Shown piece by piece: positions 19,080-28,488 of a stretch of DNA of 64,000 bases. The notes under the pieces were generated by a model. The model had not been told where the DNA came from. It saw only the letters and a list, made by a program, of their open reading frames with translations, and did not search any database. The translations under genes were made by a program, and so were the position numbers. Each line of letters begins with the position of its first letter. The stretch's first letter is position 1. Source of the DNA: a virus (taxonomy: Duplodnaviria; Heunggongvirae; Uroviricota; Caudoviricetes); IMG/VR virus record IMGVR_UViG_3300037346_000580, positions 1 through 64,000 of that record. One strand, 5' to 3'.

Positions 19080-19637
19080 TTAAAATACTTTTGTATCGTT
19101 GTCCTTGCCAGTTTTTATGACATCGTCAGTTTTATCTGATGTGATTGGCTTATAGACTAATCTAGTCCTACCCATAAAACTTGAAAGTATAAATCCCGAG
19201 GGAAATTTAGTCATTATATTATCATGTGTCAATACAATATCCATAATCATTTTCTCCTGCATAAAGAAACCGTCCCTCTGCCCCTCTATCGTGCGACTAA
19301 GATCCGCATATAAAGCTGATACCTGATCGAAGTTTGCATTAGGATTTGATTCCTGAACCCATTTCATTACTAATCCTTCAGCATCCTTTCTGTTCGACAT
19401 AATGATGTTAACGTTACGAACGAACGAGCTGTCATTTTTGACTGCGATTTGCGATTTTTGAGAAATAGTTTTCCACATCTTGTCATAGAAAGCCGTACGT
19501 TCATCCATTTTTTGTTTGAATCGATTTCTTAAATCCACCTCTTCGTTACTTGTCGATATAACGCTCGAGAATAATCCAAAGATTACAATAAGTACTAAAC
19601 CAATAATACCAAACTTGATAATTTTACTAGTGTCCAT
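19080..19637 (-). CDS. Membrane-anchored protein, paralogue of 12156..12977 (185 aa).
   Basis: ORF, TM helix, shared motifs. Confidence 0.55.
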   Translation of the reverse strand: MDTSKIIKFGIIGLVLIVIFGLFSSVISTSNEEVDLRNRFKQKMDERTAFYDKMWKTISQKSQIAVKNDSSFVRNVNIIMSNRKDAEGLVMKWVQESNPNANFDQVSALYADLSRTIEGQRDGFFMQEKMIMDIVLTHDNIMTKFPSGFILSSFMGRTRLVYKPITSDKTDDVIKTGKDNDTKVF

Positions 19638-19678
19638 TTTTTTAATTTTAATTTTTAATTGTTATTATTTAATTATAT

Positions 19679-19715
19679 GGCAAATATACAAAAAAGATTC
19701 AATATAAAAAAATAT
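19679..19715 (-). promoter_or_regulatory. Conserved promoter motif instance (GGCAAATATACAAAAAAGATTCAATATAAAAAAA).
   Basis: Motif family. Upstream of 19080..19637. Confidence 0.5.
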
Positions 19716-19763
19716 TTATGGAATTATTTCATAAAATTGCTCTATAATAATCAAATAATATAC

Positions 19764-20336
19764 ATGAAGGAATCAGATAAATCAAAGGCCATAACTTTCT
19801 GTGGTGCCCCATCAAGTGGTAAGAGCACTTTGGCAGCCTCAGTTCATTATAGACTTAAGATAGGCAAGAAAAATTCTATATTTGTTGGCGAGGCTGCTAC
19901 TGACTATATAGCAGAATGGGGAATACCAAATACCCCAACGGACCAGCTGATTATATTCTATGAACAACTCGGAAGGGAGAGAATGTATGTTGGTTCTAAG
20001 GATTGGATAATATGTGATTCAAGTACGATCCTGAATTATTTCTACTTTAGATCTCTTTTTGGTAATCAGTTATCACTTAAAGATATTGCAACGATCAGCC
20101 ATATACAGAAAGAGATACTTAAGTCTCTCGGACAATGGCATAAAATTTATTACGTTCCACCCTTCTTGGAGGATGACGAAAATGATGGTATAAGGTTCCA
20201 TAATAGGGATGAAATACTTAGGCTTGATTCAATTATTAAAAATTATCTTGATCTTGAGAGAATACCATACATCGATTTATCTGGTATTCCTATGGATGAA
20301 AGGACTGATTGGGTATTAAAAGATCTACTACACTAG
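19764..20336 (+). CDS. P-loop NTPase of the AAA_28 / NadR ribosylnicotinamide-kinase-like type (Walker A FCGAPSSGKSTLA). Start placed at the ATG at 19764 rather than the TTG at 19659.
   Basis: Walker A motif and overall resemblance to NadR C-terminal kinase-like ATPases. Polynucleotide-kinase-like function is an alternative. Confidence 0.5.
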   Translation: MKESDKSKAITFCGAPSSGKSTLAASVHYRLKIGKKNSIFVGEAATDYIAEWGIPNTPTDQLIIFYEQLGRERMYVGSKDWIICDSSTILNYFYFRSLFGNQLSLKDIATISHIQKEILKSLGQWHKIYYVPPFLEDDENDGIRFHNRDEILRLDSIIKNYLDLERIPYIDLSGIPMDERTDWVLKDLLH

Positions 20337-20560
20337 TTTATAAAACCTTTGGATTTGAACATATTATAGTTTATCTCTATAATTTCACCATCATCCTCGC
20401 TTCTTGCTGATATTAAAAAATCTCCAGGCTCCTCCACTGTATAGGATGTTCCTAAGTATTTTATCTTGTCACCTCTCCTGAGGTTCTTAAATTGATCCAG
20501 TGTAGTGGATCCTATAAACGTTTTTTGTTCGTAGTTCTCGTATATTTCTATATGTTTCAT
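20333..20560 (-). CDS. Hypothetical protein (75 aa).
   Basis: ORF. Confidence 0.4.
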   Translation of the reverse strand: MKHIEIYENYEQKTFIGSTTLDQFKNLRRGDKIKYLGTSYTVEEPGDFLISARSEDDGEIIEINYNMFKSKGFIN

Positions 20561-20562
20561 AA

Positions 20563-21039
20563 TTAGTAAGTTATATCTTTAAACGAATCAAGCACAGCTG
20601 CATTTTCATCCAGGAATTTTCTAAAGTTTCTTTCCATTACTGATTCTCTCCATAATGGGGTTTTTCCATTCTTTGCATTTAATATTATTCTGGGTCCATT
20701 AAGACCTATATTTTTCTTTATGAATGTCTGATCAGCAACTATCGACAATGCCCTGAAGTTACCATCCTGTTTTGCTATTCTATAAGGCTGGAAATCAAGG
20801 TGCGCCATTCTTCCCCCACCAGCTTGTGTTATCTTCTTAATCTTGAATGCATACATTCTTTTTATGCCCTTGACATTAAGCCCTCTAACAAGCAATATTC
20901 CGCCTTCTACCCAGTCTTGCTGGCTAATGGATATATTCTCATTTATGAATGATTTAAAGTTTAGTATGTTTCCCATGATGTATATATTCAAACAAAATAA
21001 AGATATATAATAAAAAAATAAAATCATGTGGAATTTCAT
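20563..21039 (-). CDS. Hypothetical protein (158 aa).
   Basis: ORF. Confidence 0.45.
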   Translation of the reverse strand: MKFHMILFFYYISLFCLNIYIMGNILNFKSFINENISISQQDWVEGGILLVRGLNVKGIKRMYAFKIKKITQAGGGRMAHLDFQPYRIAKQDGNFRALSIVADQTFIKKNIGLNGPRIILNAKNGKTPLWRESVMERNFRKFLDENAAVLDSFKDITY

Positions 21040-21292
21040 AAAAGATATGTTTTCGAATAATAACGAAGTCTCCTCGAAAAGGGTAGCTTCTATGTTTGTG
21101 CTTGTTAATATTGTGATATTAGCTTACATAGCAACTTTCAGATCTAAAGATGGAATAACACCAGAGTTTATGTACGATTCTCTCTGCCTTATAGCTGGTG
21201 GTGGATTAGGTCTAACAGTAATCGAGAAAATATTAGCTTTAAAGTACGATGGAAAAGAAGAAACACCAACAGATACAAATAAAACAGAATAA
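21026..21292 (+). CDS. Small membrane protein (88 aa, two TM segments).
   Basis: ORF. Hydrophobic. Confidence 0.45.
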   Translation: MWNFIKDMFSNNNEVSSKRVASMFVLVNIVILAYIATFRSKDGITPEFMYDSLCLIAGGGLGLTVIEKILALKYDGKEETPTDTNKTE

Positions 21293-21565
21293 ATGAAAAA
21301 TATTAAGACTTACGAGAAATTTAACGATTTTATCGGTGAAAATTGGGATGCAGATATGCAAAAAGAATCATGCATGAGCGAGAAGGCTATACATAAAATG
21401 GGAAAGCTTTGTAAAAATTATCTGATAGATGAGGCTAACGAGTATCACAATGATATGGACGAGGGACATACATATGAAAGATATATAGGTGAATGTCAGA
21501 ATATGTTAATGGAAATGCTTGGCCAACCTGGATATGCTAGTATACAAAAAGTCAACGCGGAATAA
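21293..21565 (+). CDS. Hypothetical protein (90 aa).
   Basis: ORF. Followed by a terminator. Confidence 0.45.
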   Translation: MKNIKTYEKFNDFIGENWDADMQKESCMSEKAIHKMGKLCKNYLIDEANEYHNDMDEGHTYERYIGECQNMLMEMLGQPGYASIQKVNAE

Positions 21566-21598
21566 AAAAAAGCTGAAGAGCAATCTTCAGCTTTTTTT
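21566..21598. terminator. Bidirectional terminator (A8-GCTGAAGA-GCAAT-CTTCAGC-T7).
   Basis: 7-8-bp stem with flanking homopolymers. Confidence 0.7.
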
Positions 21599-22153
21599 AT
21601 TGAATGTTTTATTATAAACGTCTTCTATTGCTATTATTCCATTTTGGTCAATCTCTCTGGTACCTATTCCTGCAAAATTATTAGTTAGTACCGGTGTTTC
21701 ACATTCAATCCAAAATAGGGATGAGTATTTAAACCATCTTCTAGCTAATTGGCAGAAAACAAAAACGTTAATTCCTTTGTCTATTGCCATCTGAACTGCC
21801 CATCCAGTTCCTCCACTTACCCTATTATTTTCTATTCTCGATATTGCAAAAACCGAATCTGAATTTGCAACCTGAAACCAATTTCTCCTCAATAAACTAT
21901 TAATATACGAATTTCTCGTCGGGTAGCTTCTTTTTAAGCTCTTATTTGCTTTTATTAAATCTAAATCTATTACTTTACTGAGTTCTTCAGTCATTCTTAT
22001 TGATGCATTACCTTTTGGCGTTTTATATCCCTCTATAAAGTAATGATTAAATTCGGTTATACCAAAACGTCTTCCAATAATTTCCCAAGTGATGTCCGCT
22101 CCAATTGCTCCTCCCGAATGTAGTACATATTGATCATTCGTCATTTCTGTCAT
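21587..22153 (-). CDS. SLOG / DprA(Smf)-like Rossmann-fold protein (LHSGGAIGADITWE ... GTGWAVQMAIDKGINVFVF).
   Basis: SGGAxGxD and GTxxxxxxA...vfv motifs of the DprA/LOG-like SLOG superfamily. Confidence 0.5.
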   Translation of the reverse strand: MTEMTNDQYVLHSGGAIGADITWEIIGRRFGITEFNHYFIEGYKTPKGNASIRMTEELSKVIDLDLIKANKSLKRSYPTRNSYINSLLRRNWFQVANSDSVFAISRIENNRVSGGTGWAVQMAIDKGINVFVFCQLARRWFKYSSLFWIECETPVLTNNFAGIGTREIDQNGIIAIEDVYNKTFNKKS

Positions 22154-22610
22154 CCTGTGGTTTTAATTGACAATCCCCAACTGCTATGGATTTTTTATTT
22201 TTATAGTAAACCCTATGTACATCAGCAAGGAATGATACCTCATCGGGTCCAAGAAATTCCATCATCATTCTTAATACTGACGGGAGAACTTCAGTTTCGT
22301 GGAAAACCAATTTCATTTCTTTGTAACCGTTTTTCTTTCCTTCCTCCCAATCCTCTGGATCTTTGATGTTACTTTCGTGTGTATGTGTCTTATGTTGATA
22401 TATTGGTCCATCATAGTAGCTAAATTCGCTTATTTCTCCAACTATACCATCCAGCTCCTTAACATCTGAATAAAACTGATCTGAACCTTTTTCTTCTATA
22501 TACTTTTTGAATTCTGAAAGTATCTCAGGAAGTCCCATTTCATGTATTTTAAATTCGTTGGGATTGTGACCTATTTTATCCCAGAGTATGGATGAATATA
22601 AACTTACCAT
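22134..22610 (-). CDS. Hypothetical protein (158 aa).
   Basis: ORF. Confidence 0.45.
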   Translation of the reverse strand: MVSLYSSILWDKIGHNPNEFKIHEMGLPEILSEFKKYIEEKGSDQFYSDVKELDGIVGEISEFSYYDGPIYQHKTHTHESNIKDPEDWEEGKKNGYKEMKLVFHETEVLPSVLRMMMEFLGPDEVSFLADVHRVYYKNKKSIAVGDCQLKPQDDRNDE

Positions 22611-23500
22611 TATTTTTTTCTTTTAAAGTACTTGTCTATAATATATGTAATTATATTATGTTTTTTCTCAGTACCTGTTATTGTTATATAATTTTTTGAT
22701 GCATTTGGCGTGTGCACTAATCCATATCTTAAACTTAATATGGTTTCCGTCATAGTAACTAGTGATGCGTAATCAGACCTATCCATTCTTGTGTATTGTG
22801 GACCTTCGGTATGCTCGACTAGATATACACCTTCATTCGAGCTAGTAGTATCCCTTCCTATAACAATCCTTTTATCTGTCCATTTAAGTGAAGGATTTAT
22901 GAGTATATCCAAATTATCACCATATGTTCCACATTTATAGATACCCATGCTAGTAGATGAATCATGTTCAACTGCATTGAAATCGTTATCATCCGCAAAG
23001 CTGTGCAATAGACCAGGACTGATTATAATGAATTTTGCTGGACCCATTCTTGATGTTGTCGCTATGATATTAGATAGCAATCTAATTTTTCTAATGAGTG
23101 CTTTTGATTCTGATATATCAACCATTGGTATGTACCCAGTCCACTTATTGGCAAACAGTTGTAATTTTGTCCATAACTTTCTGTTGGATTCATATCCAAG
23201 CAATTTAATTTTCTTGTAAATCTGTTTTTCCTGTGACGTTATCAATTCGTTAGATAATGCAGATTCGACCATTTCTATAGCATTTATTCCATGGAGGGCA
23301 CCAAGATCACGGATTTGCTCATGGCTAATTTTAGATTTTACCTGATGCCTTTCAAGATGGACATTTTTACTTCTTGTTGTTATCCCGATTTCAGCGGTTT
23401 CTCCCGGCTGTGTCCCGATTAGTTCGGTTGATAGATAAGTTAAAACCCCATGCCCTGATTCTATCTGTGATACAGATATATGTTTTTTAATTTCGCTCAT
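22610..23500 (-). CDS. Hypothetical protein (296 aa).
   Basis: ORF. Confidence 0.5.
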   Translation of the reverse strand: MSEIKKHISVSQIESGHGVLTYLSTELIGTQPGETAEIGITTRSKNVHLERHQVKSKISHEQIRDLGALHGINAIEMVESALSNELITSQEKQIYKKIKLLGYESNRKLWTKLQLFANKWTGYIPMVDISESKALIRKIRLLSNIIATTSRMGPAKFIIISPGLLHSFADDNDFNAVEHDSSTSMGIYKCGTYGDNLDILINPSLKWTDKRIVIGRDTTSSNEGVYLVEHTEGPQYTRMDRSDYASLVTMTETILSLRYGLVHTPNASKNYITITGTEKKHNIITYIIDKYFKRKK

Positions 23501-23519
23501 TTTTATTTAATTTTTCCAG

Positions 23520-24035
23520 TTATCTTTTGTATCTTCCCACTTTATTTATTTTTGTAAGCAAAGCACCAAATGCTGAATCTATGTCCTTATATTGTTGCAT
23601 TCCGTATCTGGAGCAAATTACATCGACATTTCCCTTTCTATAGAAGCCATCAGGACAGCAAACTATAACGGAATTTCCCCTATCTTTACACATTCCTATC
23701 TCCATAAGTGTTATTGGGCTTTTAGAATCTGGTAGAATATTGAAAAAAATTATATCAGAATCCTCAATATTATCAAGTTCCCAATTAACTTGTTCATTGA
23801 ATTGTGGATTAGACTGCTCCTGTACCCAGGAGGAATCCCATGAATTTCTTCTCGGATTAAAAAGATCTATATTATCGAAAAATCCAATTGTTTCATCTAT
23901 AGCCTTTAATCTATTATGGATTTCAGTTTGCCAATCCACAGAATTTCCCATTTCTATGGTTCCACCCAGAAATATTGATATTCCATCCTCCGTTTGTGAT
24001 AACGTTTCGTTATCTGGTTTTATGAGTGTTATCAT
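23520..24035 (-). CDS. Nucleoside 2-deoxyribosyltransferase-fold protein (NDT/DNPH1-like; FLGGTIEMG...IIFFNILPDSKSPITLMEIGMCKDRG).
   Basis: GG...G N-terminal motif and the D/E-containing 'GT..E.G' C-terminal signature of the NDT fold. Confidence 0.5.
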   Translation of the reverse strand: MITLIKPDNETLSQTEDGISIFLGGTIEMGNSVDWQTEIHNRLKAIDETIGFFDNIDLFNPRRNSWDSSWVQEQSNPQFNEQVNWELDNIEDSDIIFFNILPDSKSPITLMEIGMCKDRGNSVIVCCPDGFYRKGNVDVICSRYGMQQYKDIDSAFGALLTKINKVGRYKR

Positions 24036-24080
24036 ATTAATTATTTAGAATTTATACATAACAAAGCTATTTTGTTTCAT

Positions 24081-24108
24081 AAAAAACCCCGTGATAAATC
24101 ACGGGGTT
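24081..24108 (-). terminator. Hairpin terminator (CCCCGTGA-TAAA-TCACGGGG) downstream of the SPFH gene.
   Basis: 8-bp GC-rich stem followed by a T-run on the minus strand. Confidence 0.7.
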
Positions 24109-24126
24109 TGCATATATATGAAGTAA

Positions 24127-26055
24127 TTATTTATTACCTTTTTTAGGTCCTTCCTGTGTTATTGAAGATCCGGTTGAGTCAGGGGTTTCTTTAGAGATAA
24201 CTGTTTCTTTTGTCTCTGAATTTCTCCTAGCAGTAACCTGGTTTAATAATTCCATTCCAAGTAGTCCTGAGATTGGTCCATTAGATCCATCTCCTCCACC
24301 AGTAATAAGGATTTCAGGAATAATCTTAATGTTATTGATACCGATTGACTCGACAACTTTAAGTTGACCGAAGTTATCAGCACCCATCGCTTGAACCTGC
24401 TTCTCATAAGCTTCCGCAGTTGCCTTACCAATTGCTTCAATCTTGGATGCTTCAGCATCACCTGTTAATTTGATCTGTGTAGCTTCAGCCTTTGCCATCA
24501 ATTCTTTTGCTTTTGCATCTGCTCCAGCTTTAATTTCAATTGCCTTTGCTTCCCCCTCTGATCTCTTAACCTCAGCTTCAGCTTTTCTTTGAGAAATCTC
24601 AACGGATTGTTGTGCACTTACCATTTCTCCCTGCATATTAGCCAAAGCTTTTGCTGATTCCAATGTTTTACGCTGATCCTGTGCTTTTTTCTGGGTTTCA
24701 AATGTTACCTCTTCCTCCTGAGCAATCTTACGATCTGTTAATGTTTTCATTAATGATTCTGGAGGAACTATATCACCAATCAAAGTATCTACTGCATGAA
24801 CATTATATTCATCCAAAACTTTGGATATGCTATCCTTGGCTGAATTTTGACGTTGTTGTCTTGTTGATAAGAAGGCAATAACATCGGAATCTTGAGCGGA
24901 GTTACGGAAATAATTTCCAATAGTTGGCTCCAATACCTGTGATACTAAATTAGACATTGATCCGAATCTGGCAATAACCTTAGGTGCCTCAGTGGAAGGT
25001 ATATGTATAATTTGTGATACATCAAGATTGAATGGAAATCCATCTTTAGATCTGACAGTAATAGTACTTAAATTCTTATCTAAATTGTGCGACTCTGATC
25101 TTGCATTAGCCCAATTAAGAACTAAATTTGTAGTAGGAACTATCTCGATTTTTTGTGTGTATGGATTGATTGCATATTTACCCGGATCCAATGGTGTTAT
25201 ACAAACCCCCTTCTGTCCTTTTTTAACGATGTTACCGTGTTTAAATGTCTCACCAGTGGTATCTACCCCTTCGTCTCCAACGTAAGAAATAACAACACCA
25301 ACGTGACCGATTGGAATCTGTGTCATTTCCTGTTTTTCTATCTCTATAGCCCAAGGATTGATTGAATATGAACCTGCCTGAATAACTTGAATTTGTAGAC
25401 CTCTTTGACCACCATTTTCTAAAAATCTGTCAAAGTCCTGGAAGTTATTATGCTCCTCTATTACTGAACCAGCGATTGAACCCAAACTAAGTGGGGTACC
25501 ATCCAATGCTGTTATCACACCAACCATACCATCTTCAATATAAGTAATATCAGCATCATAAATTTCAAAGAGATGCCTATTTATACGATATACACCATTA
25601 TTAAGATATCCTACCTGCTTACCACGTTGGCCACCATTAGTTAGGAATTCCCTGGCTGATTGATAATTATCCGAATCAACATGTCTTGCTAGAATGGATC
25701 CAGTTGGTAACTGAACTCCGTCTTTAGCTGTTATTAGACCTATTTTTCCCTTACCTATAACTATTAGTGGGGATTGCTCGATTGTGAATTGCCAAGCCCA
25801 GTAACCCCAATATAAACCTGGTGCTAATGTGTCTGCTTGAAATCCAGGTTCACCATTGAGAGCAATAATCTTTCCGTCAGGAAGTGTTTTGTTTGCTCCA
25901 AAGAGCACGAATTTTTTGGTAACTAAACCAATCTTATCCTCCGGGATAATTACCATCCCGAAAAACATTCGAAGAGTAAATTTGTAAAATAGTAATGCTA
26001 AAATTGGAATGATCCACCAAGCATAACCTAATAAATGTGCAATTTGTTCCTGCAT
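24127..26055 (-). CDS. SPFH/band-7 (flotillin/YqiK-like) membrane protein with a long Ala/Lys/Glu-rich coiled-coil C-terminus (642 aa).
   Basis: N-terminal TM helix, SPFH-like core, and flotillin-type EA-repeat region (KAEAEVKRSEGEAKAIEIKAGADAKAKE...). Confidence 0.6.
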   Translation of the reverse strand: MQEQIAHLLGYAWWIIPILALLFYKFTLRMFFGMVIIPEDKIGLVTKKFVLFGANKTLPDGKIIALNGEPGFQADTLAPGLYWGYWAWQFTIEQSPLIVIGKGKIGLITAKDGVQLPTGSILARHVDSDNYQSAREFLTNGGQRGKQVGYLNNGVYRINRHLFEIYDADITYIEDGMVGVITALDGTPLSLGSIAGSVIEEHNNFQDFDRFLENGGQRGLQIQVIQAGSYSINPWAIEIEKQEMTQIPIGHVGVVISYVGDEGVDTTGETFKHGNIVKKGQKGVCITPLDPGKYAINPYTQKIEIVPTTNLVLNWANARSESHNLDKNLSTITVRSKDGFPFNLDVSQIIHIPSTEAPKVIARFGSMSNLVSQVLEPTIGNYFRNSAQDSDVIAFLSTRQQRQNSAKDSISKVLDEYNVHAVDTLIGDIVPPESLMKTLTDRKIAQEEEVTFETQKKAQDQRKTLESAKALANMQGEMVSAQQSVEISQRKAEAEVKRSEGEAKAIEIKAGADAKAKELMAKAEATQIKLTGDAEASKIEAIGKATAEAYEKQVQAMGADNFGQLKVVESIGINNIKIIPEILITGGGDGSNGPISGLLGMELLNQVTARRNSETKETVISKETPDSTGSSITQEGPKKGNK

Positions 26056-26086
26056 TTTTTAAGTGTTAATTGTTAATATTATTGAA

Positions 26087-26125
26087 TGCAAATATATGGA
26101 ATCATTTCGAATTAAAAAAATAAAT
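26087..26125 (-). promoter_or_regulatory. Conserved promoter motif instance (TGCAAATATATGGAATCATTTCGAATTAAAAAAA).
   Basis: Motif family. About 30 nt upstream of the ATG at 26055. Confidence 0.55.
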
Positions 26126-26128
26126 CAC

Positions 26129-26159
26129 AAAAAAAATCCGAAATATATTTCGGATTTTT
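26129..26159. terminator. Bidirectional terminator (A8-TCCGAAATATATTTCGGA-T5).
   Basis: Perfect palindrome with flanking homopolymers. Confidence 0.65.
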
Positions 26160-26303
26160 AATTAGTATGTTCCCCAGTCAGGGATTGTTATTATCTTCTT
26201 TTCCTTAGGCCCTTTAACCCTTATTTTTTTAGGAAATTCAACATCTTCGTCTATATTGCTTATAAATGATCTGAACGTTTTTATATTCTCAAAGGTTTTC
26301 ATT

Positions 26304-27050
26304 TTATGTAATTATTTTTGCTGCTACATTCTCAACGAATGCTCTCATATCTTCTGTAGATATTTTATCTACTGAATCTTCCATACTATGACACAGAAAA
26401 AGAATTTTAAAATCCAAGAATGTTCCATCAGAACAAACAACTGGGGTTTTTTCTTCTGTTGGTGGTAATGGATTTATAACAACTGAGTCAATTCCATTTT
26501 TTCTAAAAATAACGGAATCATTGAATGGTGTTCTGACTATCGGGCAATCAAACATCGATTGTATATGATCAGTTAATGGCCCTGGGTAGTCCCCAAGAAA
26601 GAAATCTTCCCCGCCTCTACCTGTTAGTTCAAAATTAAGAACCCATTTAATCTCACCAAAGTCACCTGCATTTATTCTTTCACTTAGATGCTGTGATCCA
26701 AATCCACCATATTCCTCTCCGTCGAGTATGGATACATTTATGCTTGGAACCAATTTCTTAAGAGCGATTGCATTAATAACAGAACAACTGTTATCGTTTG
26801 CATTATCAGATTTAGGATTAACTATATCGTGATGTGCTACAACAAATTGATTTGAATTGCCTATCAGATTGACGTTGAATCCGTCAGTTGTATCATTAAC
26901 AGGAAATTTGTCAATTTCATATTCTATTCCCTCTTTATCTAAAAGATTCACTATGAACTCCAGCCTTGGTGTAAGGTCTTTTCCGTTAACGAAAACAGGT
27001 CCTAAATTTTTGGCTGCGCATAGCCCATAAATTTCATTGTATATACTCAT
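26304..27050 (-). CDS. M28-family zinc peptidase-like protein (VAHHD ... DNANDNSCSV ... EEYGGFGS).
   Basis: H-x-D, D(N/D)xSG and EE motifs in the order typical of M28 aminopeptidases. Confidence 0.5.
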   Translation of the reverse strand: MSIYNEIYGLCAAKNLGPVFVNGKDLTPRLEFIVNLLDKEGIEYEIDKFPVNDTTDGFNVNLIGNSNQFVVAHHDIVNPKSDNANDNSCSVINAIALKKLVPSINVSILDGEEYGGFGSQHLSERINAGDFGEIKWVLNFELTGRGGEDFFLGDYPGPLTDHIQSMFDCPIVRTPFNDSVIFRKNGIDSVVINPLPPTEEKTPVVCSDGTFLDFKILFLCHSMEDSVDKISTEDMRAFVENVAAKIIT

Positions 27051-27067
27051 CAGTTTATTTAATTTAA

Positions 27068-28078
27068 CTATATATCATCCCCGTGCTCATCTTCATCGTA
27101 ACCATAATATTGCTTCATTTTAGCTATTGATGGTTCCAAAGATTCGTTTATTTTTTTCCAGCCTTCCCAATTGAAGTGCTGAGATCCATATTGGGATCTT
27201 TGCAGTTTAAAGCACATTCCTGACATTGCAGAAGTTAATCTTGCAGTTTCTATTAGCCATTCAAAATCTGATTCCTCTCTTAAACATGATGCAATCAGAA
27301 CCACAGCATATTCACTCTTCATGCTTTTCATTAAATGAATACCTGATCCATACATAGCATCAATAAGTTTCTCTGAGAAATCATTGCTTTCACGATCACC
27401 TTTTCCAACCTCGATGAATTTGACTATGCCTTTTCTTATGGTGTCGGTATACTCTTTTTGCCATGTCGCTTCGTAACTGTCTTTCCTTCCCTCCGCAGAG
27501 AAATCCTGATCAATCAGTGTGTCATAAACAGGAGCATGTATATAGGTAACTGTTAGATCCTTGCATATATCAAGTATAAAACATGGTAGTTTATCATCAA
27601 CCCCCTTAAGTTTCCAATAATTATCTGATTCTCCGTCTTTTCCTTTCAAGCCGTATGTATACCATCGATCGTCGGTTGTTATATCCATCAAGCTAGCGAA
27701 TGGGATTCCACATAAAATTCCCTCCATTAGGTTTACACGCTTCTGAGTTTCCTCATCGTCAGATGGAACAACGTCACCGCAGTCATTATACTTTCCTCTG
27801 ATAGCAGGACCAAATGGAACGTAATCTGACATAGCACCTTCGTTGGAAACCTCCATGCCTTTATGGTCCATTCGATTACCCCAGCTTTTTGTTGTTTGCT
27901 CCCATGCCTCCAGGGCTTTTTCTAATCCTTCCTTTTTTGCTTGTTTAAGAAACGATGAAACCATATATCCGCTTCCTTCTTGTGCGATCCTTCTTGGTAA
28001 CATGAATTGAACTACTAGTTCCTGTCCATCAACTATAGTCTGATTAGTAATTGAACATAAGGTGTAAAAACTTCCCAT
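27068..28078 (-). CDS. Hypothetical protein (336 aa).
   Basis: ORF. Confidence 0.5.
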   Translation of the reverse strand: MGSFYTLCSITNQTIVDGQELVVQFMLPRRIAQEGSGYMVSSFLKQAKKEGLEKALEAWEQTTKSWGNRMDHKGMEVSNEGAMSDYVPFGPAIRGKYNDCGDVVPSDDEETQKRVNLMEGILCGIPFASLMDITTDDRWYTYGLKGKDGESDNYWKLKGVDDKLPCFILDICKDLTVTYIHAPVYDTLIDQDFSAEGRKDSYEATWQKEYTDTIRKGIVKFIEVGKGDRESNDFSEKLIDAMYGSGIHLMKSMKSEYAVVLIASCLREESDFEWLIETARLTSAMSGMCFKLQRSQYGSQHFNWEGWKKINESLEPSIAKMKQYYGYDEDEHGDDI

Positions 28079-28488
28079 TATTTTTTTAATTTTATTAAAT
28101 TAAGTGCTTTTATTATTCCAGCCTCCAATGCTTCCTCATAGGTTTTAAATTCCTGAAGTTTTGACTGGATCTCAGAAAACCCAAAGATCTGTGCTTTTTG
28201 TTTCATGGAGTAATCAAAAAGGATGACTTCACCATCCTCTATGGAAGAAACAGTAACATATATTCTATGTTCATCTCTTAACCATTTTTGAATAAGAGAT
28301 TGTGTGGGCGCACAATAGCTAATATTTGATCTGTCCTTTAGATCACTATTATTGGTACATTTTACTGCTCCCATAAGGGAAAGTTGCCATTTATAATCCC
28401 AATAATACCTGCCATCGCATGGTATTTTAAATCCTTTATCCCTTGCTAATTTAGCAGTTTCAAATAATATTACATCATCTCTCATCAT
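28078..28488 (-). CDS. Member A of the 'ETAKLA-KGF ... LIQKWLREVHNI ... YEEALE' small-protein family (136 aa).
   Basis: Shared motifs with 28485..28925, 51617..52066, 62027..62452 and the N-terminus of 62449..63084. Confidence 0.6.
   Translation of the reverse strand: MMRDDVILFETAKLARDKGFKIPCDGRYYWDYKWQLSLMGAVKCTNNSDLKDRSNISYCAPTQSLIQKWLRDEHRIYVTVSSIEDGEVILFDYSMKQKAQIFGFSEIQSKLQEFKTYEEALEAGIIKALNLIKLKK

Noticed and set aside
19659-19763. TTG-initiated N-terminal extension of the P-loop kinase ORF
   Set aside because: The extension overlaps the conserved promoter motif of the divergent gene and is AT-rich low complexity. The ATG at 19764 gives a typical Walker A position.
22610-23500. Major capsid protein call for the 296-aa ORF
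   Set aside because: No recognisable HK97 or T4 gp23 motifs by eye, and no neighbouring portal, protease or terminase genes. Left as hypothetical.
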